Source: Candidatus Parvarchaeum acidophilus ARMAN-5
GTDB taxonomy: Archaea > Nanobdellota > Nanobdellia > Parvarchaeales > Parvarchaeaceae
Direction: 5' to 3'
Length of the DNA: 64,000 nt
Assembly: GCA_002412085.1 (NCBI GenBank)
Contig: GG745546.1
Location: 1,390 to 65,389 of the forward strand
The notes under the pieces are model-generated. The model had not been told where the DNA came from. It ran no database searches and was given only the letters and a program-made list of their open reading frames with translations. This document shows positions 59,506-64,000 of this stretch, piece after piece. The position numbers and the translations under genes are program-made. Each line of letters begins with the position of its first letter. Position 1 is the first letter of the stretch.

Positions 59506-59736
59506 ATTTGCATTTGAAACTAAAACCGAGAGTTCTGTCATTGCTGCAGGATACATAATAACAAAGACTATGAAAGCCAAGTTTATTGTGCCTATTATTT
59601 TTTCTCCTAAACCCATAAAATTTATGTTATTTTGAAGTTTAAAAATATGATTTTGCAGAGCTCATTGCTAATTTAAAGAAGCTATATATTCTAAAAAGAT
59701 TAAAAGTTTTATATAGATAGATAACGATTTAACAAT

Positions 59737-60213
59737 ATGGCACTTTTTAAAAAGAAGAAAGAAACACCGGTTAATCCGTATTATAATCCGGCTAACTTAA
59801 AAGCTGCAACTCCTCAGCCGGAGACAACAAAACCAGTTGCAGATTCTCAGACAAATACAGTTGCCAAGCCTGTAAAAACCCAAGGAATACCTCTTATAGA
59901 AGTACCTAAAATCAGAATCTCTGATATAAATCTTCAGCCTGCAAAAACCGCGGGAATAAGCGTACTTGATGCTCTCAGAATGGAATCAAGCGGCAAATCC
60001 ACCGCTTTCATAAGGATGAACGATTTCAAGAAAGTACTTGACGATATAAAGGAACTCGAAAAGAGAATAGCAAAGTCGCAGGCGGACTTGGAAGAATATT
60101 CAAATGCTCTTGAATTACAAAAAGAATACGTAAAGAATTACAATCTTCTGGTACAGGACATGCGAAAGATGATTGAGAGAATGTCGACATATCTTTCAAA
60201 CGTAGAGGAGTAA
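59737..60213 (+). CDS. Hypothetical protein with Pro-rich N-terminus and C-terminal coiled coil.
   Basis: ORF only. Confidence 0.3.
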   Translation: MALFKKKKETPVNPYYNPANLKAATPQPETTKPVADSQTNTVAKPVKTQGIPLIEVPKIRISDINLQPAKTAGISVLDALRMESSGKSTAFIRMNDFKKVLDDIKELEKRIAKSQADLEEYSNALELQKEYVKNYNLLVQDMRKMIERMSTYLSNVEE

Positions 60214-60214
60214 G

Positions 60215-60550
60215 TTGGTAAAGGAAGAAATAGACATTGATACATTTAGAAAAGTCGATTTAAAGGTCGCAAAAATATTATCCGCTGAAGCGGTAGAAAA
60301 AAGCGAAAAACTAATAAAATTAAGGCTTTCTTTCGGTGACCATGAGAAGACTATACTAAGTGGTATAAGGAAAGACTACTCGCCGCAGGATCTTGTTGGC
60401 AAGAAGATAATAGTAATAGACAACCTTAAACCTGCAAAGCTAATGGGGATAGAATCTCAAGGAATGCTTTTGGCAGCACAGGATGAAGAAGGAAACATCT
60501 CACTTTTAACTGTAGATAAAGACGCAAAAGAAGGCAGCACTGTAAGCTGA
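60215..60550 (+). CDS. csaA: tRNA-binding protein (CsaA/Trbp111, Myf domain).
   Basis: DLKVAKILSAE...LSGIRKDYSPQDLVGKKIIVIDNLKPAKLMGIESQGMLLAA pattern. Confidence 0.8.
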   Translation: MVKEEIDIDTFRKVDLKVAKILSAEAVEKSEKLIKLRLSFGDHEKTILSGIRKDYSPQDLVGKKIIVIDNLKPAKLMGIESQGMLLAAQDEEGNISLLTVDKDAKEGSTVS

Positions 60551-60559
60551 ATTTATATA

Positions 60560-62335
60560 CTACTTATCAAATCCTTTTTCTTTTATTATTTGCGATGGAT
60601 TTTCATTTACAATCAAAACGTCATCTGGCAGATATTTTCTGAATATTGGAGTATCATACCTTGAATCCATAAGTACGATTGCACACCGGTCACCGGTGAA
60701 ACGTATCCCTCTTCCTGCTGCCTGCATTACCTTTATCATGGTTGGAAGGACTTGTGCATACTCGAAACCGCTGCCGGTTTTCCTATCATAGTATATCTGC
60801 ATTGCCTTCAGCTTTATTGAAGGCGGTTCAAAAGGTATACCGACTATACCCACAAGTTTTACCATATTATTCTTTACCCCTATGCTTTCTGAGAAATTTC
60901 CGTTTATTACTGCAAAAAGCACAGCCGATGAATAAGACAGCTTATCCATTATCTCCGCTTTCCTATCTCTGCTCATATTTTTTTCTTCTAATGTTATCTT
61001 GTCTTTTAATGTACTTCTGCTGTACACCCTTTCCATGAAAAAATAAGACGGAAAGAAAAATATCATATTATGTTTTGCGCTGTTCATTATGGAATCTATC
61101 TCTTCTGCTATCTTTGAATACTGTTCATCCCTGGAACTGAACTTAGATGTAACCGCTTTATCTATAACAGTAAGTCTATTTCCCTGCTGTGAATCTCCTT
61201 CTACTTCCAAAGATTTTGAATCTTCTATGCCTAGAAGGCTGGAAAACATCTCTATCGGACGAAAAGTACCGCTCATTAACACCGAAGAATAAAAAGCGTC
61301 CATTACACCTGAAGAATAATTTGCCGGATCCAGAGAATTAACATTTATCTTTCTGTTGCCTTTATCGTCTATAGAAACGTATATTATATCCTCTTCTTTT
61401 ACCGACAGAAGCTTTTCCACGAAGTTTTTGAGTATGAAAGTCGAAGGGATATTATAGCCTTTTTCATGGAATTTTACTATCTCTTCCAGTTTTTGCATGT
61501 CTGTCTCTATAAATGAATCCCTTATGTCTATGGCAGACTCCTTAGTTATGGATCTAAGACTGCCGATTATTTTATCTATCTTCAAAGCTATGTCACTATA
61601 TCCTGCAATAGTTGCTTCGGAATAAGCCTTTTCCAGAATCCTTTGTGATATGGAGAAAGAGTTCATATCTAGTATTTTACTTGGTAGATTGTGCGCTTCA
61701 TCGACTACTAGTATGGTCTTTCCTGGATCTATCCCTGTCCTTATCGTAAAACCCAAAGCTATTCCTGGATCAAAAGCATGCGAATAGTTTGCCACTACAA
61801 GCGTAGACTGTTTTGCATTCAGCAGCGAAAGCTCATAAGGGCATAATTCAAAATTTCTTGCGGCTTCCATAACGCTTTTAGAATCGGATATGCCTGAAGA
61901 CAAAGCTTCTATAGCCTTTGGTTTTACGTCTTTATTCTTTGTAAATGTATTACTGTAAAAATCGCACATGTCCTGCTCTCTTACCGCTCTACAAAATTCA
62001 ATAAATAGAGAAGGTTCGACTTCGTTTTCGAAAAGACACATTGATCTTTTGCCTGTAACTCCTGCAAAGCTTACTTTATCGGATGAAACGGAATTGATCT
62101 TTCTCATGGTTTCGTATACTATGTTCTGATGAGTATGTTTTGCTGTAAGAAATAGAACCTTTAGATCCTTCTCCTTTGCCTTTTTTATAGCCGCATAAAG
62201 AACCGCAGCTGTTTTACCCATGCCTGTGGAAGCCTGCACTATCAGTTTTTCCCTGTTGTTTATAGCATTTTCGACTGCATCGGCTATCTCTTTCTGCCCG
62301 GCTCTCATCGACTTAAAAGGAAAAGATATCATCAT
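60560..62335 (-). CDS. xpd: XPD/Rad3-family DNA helicase with Fe-S domain.
   Basis: QASTGMGKT Walker A, DEAH-type box, four Cys (CLFENE, EFCRAV, DMCDFY, ELCPYE). 591 aa. Confidence 0.85.
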   Translation of the reverse strand: MMISFPFKSMRAGQKEIADAVENAINNREKLIVQASTGMGKTAAVLYAAIKKAKEKDLKVLFLTAKHTHQNIVYETMRKINSVSSDKVSFAGVTGKRSMCLFENEVEPSLFIEFCRAVREQDMCDFYSNTFTKNKDVKPKAIEALSSGISDSKSVMEAARNFELCPYELSLLNAKQSTLVVANYSHAFDPGIALGFTIRTGIDPGKTILVVDEAHNLPSKILDMNSFSISQRILEKAYSEATIAGYSDIALKIDKIIGSLRSITKESAIDIRDSFIETDMQKLEEIVKFHEKGYNIPSTFILKNFVEKLLSVKEEDIIYVSIDDKGNRKINVNSLDPANYSSGVMDAFYSSVLMSGTFRPIEMFSSLLGIEDSKSLEVEGDSQQGNRLTVIDKAVTSKFSSRDEQYSKIAEEIDSIMNSAKHNMIFFFPSYFFMERVYSRSTLKDKITLEEKNMSRDRKAEIMDKLSYSSAVLFAVINGNFSESIGVKNNMVKLVGIVGIPFEPPSIKLKAMQIYYDRKTGSGFEYAQVLPTMIKVMQAAGRGIRFTGDRCAIVLMDSRYDTPIFRKYLPDDVLIVNENPSQIIKEKGFDK

Positions 62336-62411
62336 TACTTTTAGGAATTGTATAATTAATTCTTTAGCTGATATAAAACAACTATTAAATAGAATCTTTT
62401 TAATATGCTTA

Positions 62412-63275
62412 TCATTTTGGAAGGCTGCTGTTTGTTATCTCTCCGTTGAAATTACTGATTCTTTTAATTGACATATTGTAGTTTATGAAAGATTTTGAAT
62501 TTAGAGATATATTACCATATTCCGAATTTACATTAATAGAAGCAGCAAGACTGTTTAGGATAGGTATGTTATATTGAGTAGACTGACAACTTGTGACAGT
62601 ACCGCTAAGACTTTCATTGGCATTTGTCCCTATCAAACTTGAATTACTACCATTTATTAAAATTGAAAATGATTCCTCGGTGAACAAACATGGATATCCT
62701 TCGTAAATAGTGCTGTAATTCCTCAATACCGATAACCGATTGATTTTTAAGCCGCTTGAAAGTAGATTTACAATGCTTTTCATACTTTCATTTAACGATG
62801 TACATGACGCCGCTCCGTCGTTTATTGCCGAGATTAAGCAGGTATAAGTGTCATTTCCTATTGAAAACATATATGATGAAGAATTTAAAGAATAACTCGT
62901 ACCATAAAGCGGTTTAGTTATAGTAAAGTTAGAATCCGCTTCGGAATTGCCGTTTTTCCCTCTTAATAATGATATTATACCTGCTGCAGTTTCCGAGCTG
63001 TTTTCTGCAGTGCCATTTGATAACACTGCATCTGTTGATAACGTGTAGTTTGCAGAGTATAATATAATTTTACCTAAGGGAATGCTAGTCTGATAAGGCT
63101 GCAGATTAAGTATATCATTATATATTATCTGTTGTAAAGATGAATTGGCAGAGCTGTACGTCGATTGACTTGAAGGAAAGATTATATTATTGTTTCTTCC
63201 AACTCCAAAAAGCAGTATTATCACAGAAACTACTATTACAGCTATTACTACACCAACAATAAAATATTTTTCCAT
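62412..63275 (-). CDS. N-terminally anchored secreted S/N-rich protein; start abuts the stop of the HerA-like gene.
   Basis: MEKYFIVGVVIAVIVVSVIILLF anchor followed by a sequon-rich domain. Confidence 0.4.
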   Translation of the reverse strand: MEKYFIVGVVIAVIVVSVIILLFGVGRNNNIIFPSSQSTYSSANSSLQQIIYNDILNLQPYQTSIPLGKIILYSANYTLSTDAVLSNGTAENSSETAAGIISLLRGKNGNSEADSNFTITKPLYGTSYSLNSSSYMFSIGNDTYTCLISAINDGAASCTSLNESMKSIVNLLSSGLKINRLSVLRNYSTIYEGYPCLFTEESFSILINGSNSSLIGTNANESLSGTVTSCQSTQYNIPILNSLAASINVNSEYGNISLNSKSFINYNMSIKRISNFNGEITNSSLPK

Positions 63276-64000
63276 TACTTTTTAGCCGAAGGCTTCTTCT
63301 GTATGGACCTTGGAGTTTCACCACCGTGCCATGTAAGTCTAGGTTTTATCTGCACAGGGTATATCCTCTCTGAATTATCATCTAGTATTATGCATGCTCC
63401 TGGTAATTTTGGCAGATCCATGAGATATTTTCTGATATCCGATGACATATAGATCTGCATCACTGTGTTTAAAGCGTCTATATCTAGCTTTGCGGTAACA
63501 TGCTGTGATATTATTATGTCTGACTGGGTTATTATGTCCGTATCAAGTTTTCCAGGCTGCTGAGTCGCAATTACAAGACCTATACCCGGTTGCCTTCCTT
63601 CTTTTATCACTCTTGATAAAGATGCTGTCGCTGCCGTTCTTCCATTTACAGGTAAAAATTCATGCACCTCATCTATGAACATCCAAACTATAGGTATTGT
63701 CTTTTGCTTTTCTTCTTCGATTATTTCCGTGGAGTTTATGTCTTGCAGCTCCTCTAATCTTCTTTGTTTTGTCCTTATCTCTAATATCTTTTGAGATAGT
63801 ATGCCTATTACGAGAGCTCTTAAGCTGAACTCCCCCAGTGAATGCGCGTACAAACTGATATCGAGTATGTTTATCTGTCCAGGCACAAGTAAATCTTCTA
63901 TTTTAGTGCCTTCTTTTTCAAACAAACCCCACTGCATTGCGGTTTCAAATCTTTCCTTCACTGCCTCTTTAATAGTATCTGAAACCGCTAACTGCGACTG
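63275..64000 (-). CDS. HerA/FtsK-superfamily (DUF87-like) ATPase, C-terminal part (N-terminus lies beyond the window end).
   Basis: Walker B IVWMFIDEVHEF and arginine-finger region GRQPGIGLVIATQQPGKLDTDIITQSDIIISQHV. The minus-strand frame stays open to position 64000. Confidence 0.65.
   Translation of the reverse strand, partial: QSQLAVSDTIKEAVKERFETAMQWGLFEKEGTKIEDLLVPGQINILDISLYAHSLGEFSLRALVIGILSQKILEIRTKQRRLEELQDINSTEIIEEEKQKTIPIVWMFIDEVHEFLPVNGRTAATASLSRVIKEGRQPGIGLVIATQQPGKLDTDIITQSDIIISQHVTAKLDIDALNTVMQIYMSSDIRKYLMDLPKLPGACIILDDNSERIYPVQIKPRLTWHGGETPRSIQKKPSAKK

Noticed and set aside
59384-59635. 83-aa plus-strand ORF and a 60-aa minus-strand ORF overlapping tRNA-Gly and the terminator hairpin.
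   Set aside because: They overlap a tRNA and a low-complexity AT-rich spacer, and show no coding-like composition.
1-64000. CRISPR arrays, IS elements/transposases, integrases, prophage genes, rRNA genes.
   Set aside because: No regularly spaced direct repeats, no transposase, integrase or recombinase-like ORFs, and no rRNA-like GC-rich segments were seen. The only repeats are the intragenic tandem repeats at 1-1850 and the 14-mer pair at 34913-35010.

Overview
The window is an AT-rich archaeal chromosomal segment. It uses alternative start codons (TTG/GTG), leaderless TATA-type promoters and overlapping, translationally coupled genes. By gene content it is probably a small-genome DPANN-like or Thermoplasmata-like archaeon, but that is inference only.

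Housekeeping genes form the backbone:
- a long minus-strand replication/repair operon: glmS, polB, a RecA/KaiC-like protein, map, fen;
- the conserved archaeal block rpo7-spt4-S24e-S27ae-(NUDIX)-kae1-X-bud32-S15-S3Ae;
- proteasome beta subunit, aCPSF1/FttA, GlyRS, aEF-2 and two diphthamide enzymes (dphB, dph6), TruD, FolE, CsaA, XPD;
- three tRNAs (Ala-GGC, Leu-CAG, Gly-CCC).

Several cell-surface islands are interleaved with these:
- a partial giant repeat adhesin at the 5' edge;
- a prepilin-peptidase gene followed by five class-III-signal or membrane-anchored S/T/N-rich proteins, one with two cytoplasmic C2H2 zinc fingers;
- an operon with an E1-like enzyme and three tandem 4-TM paralogues;
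- a 784-aa polytopic membrane protein with a ~530-aa charged coiled coil;
- a glycosylation and surface-protein island (DPM-synthase-like GT2, GT-C, processive GT2, membrane thioredoxin, 910-aa candidate S-layer glycoprotein);
- a terminal HerA-like ATPase / secreted protein / XPD helicase operon.

Four conserved genes are broken by single-nucleotide frame disruptions: kae1 once, aEF-2 twice, and a secreted S16 Lon-like peptidase once. The three kae1/aEF-2 breaks look like +1 insertions; the peptidase direction was not settled. Another unusual feature is a DRG-derived pseudo-GTPase inserted between kae1 and bud32. No CRISPR array, transposase, integrase or rRNA gene was seen.
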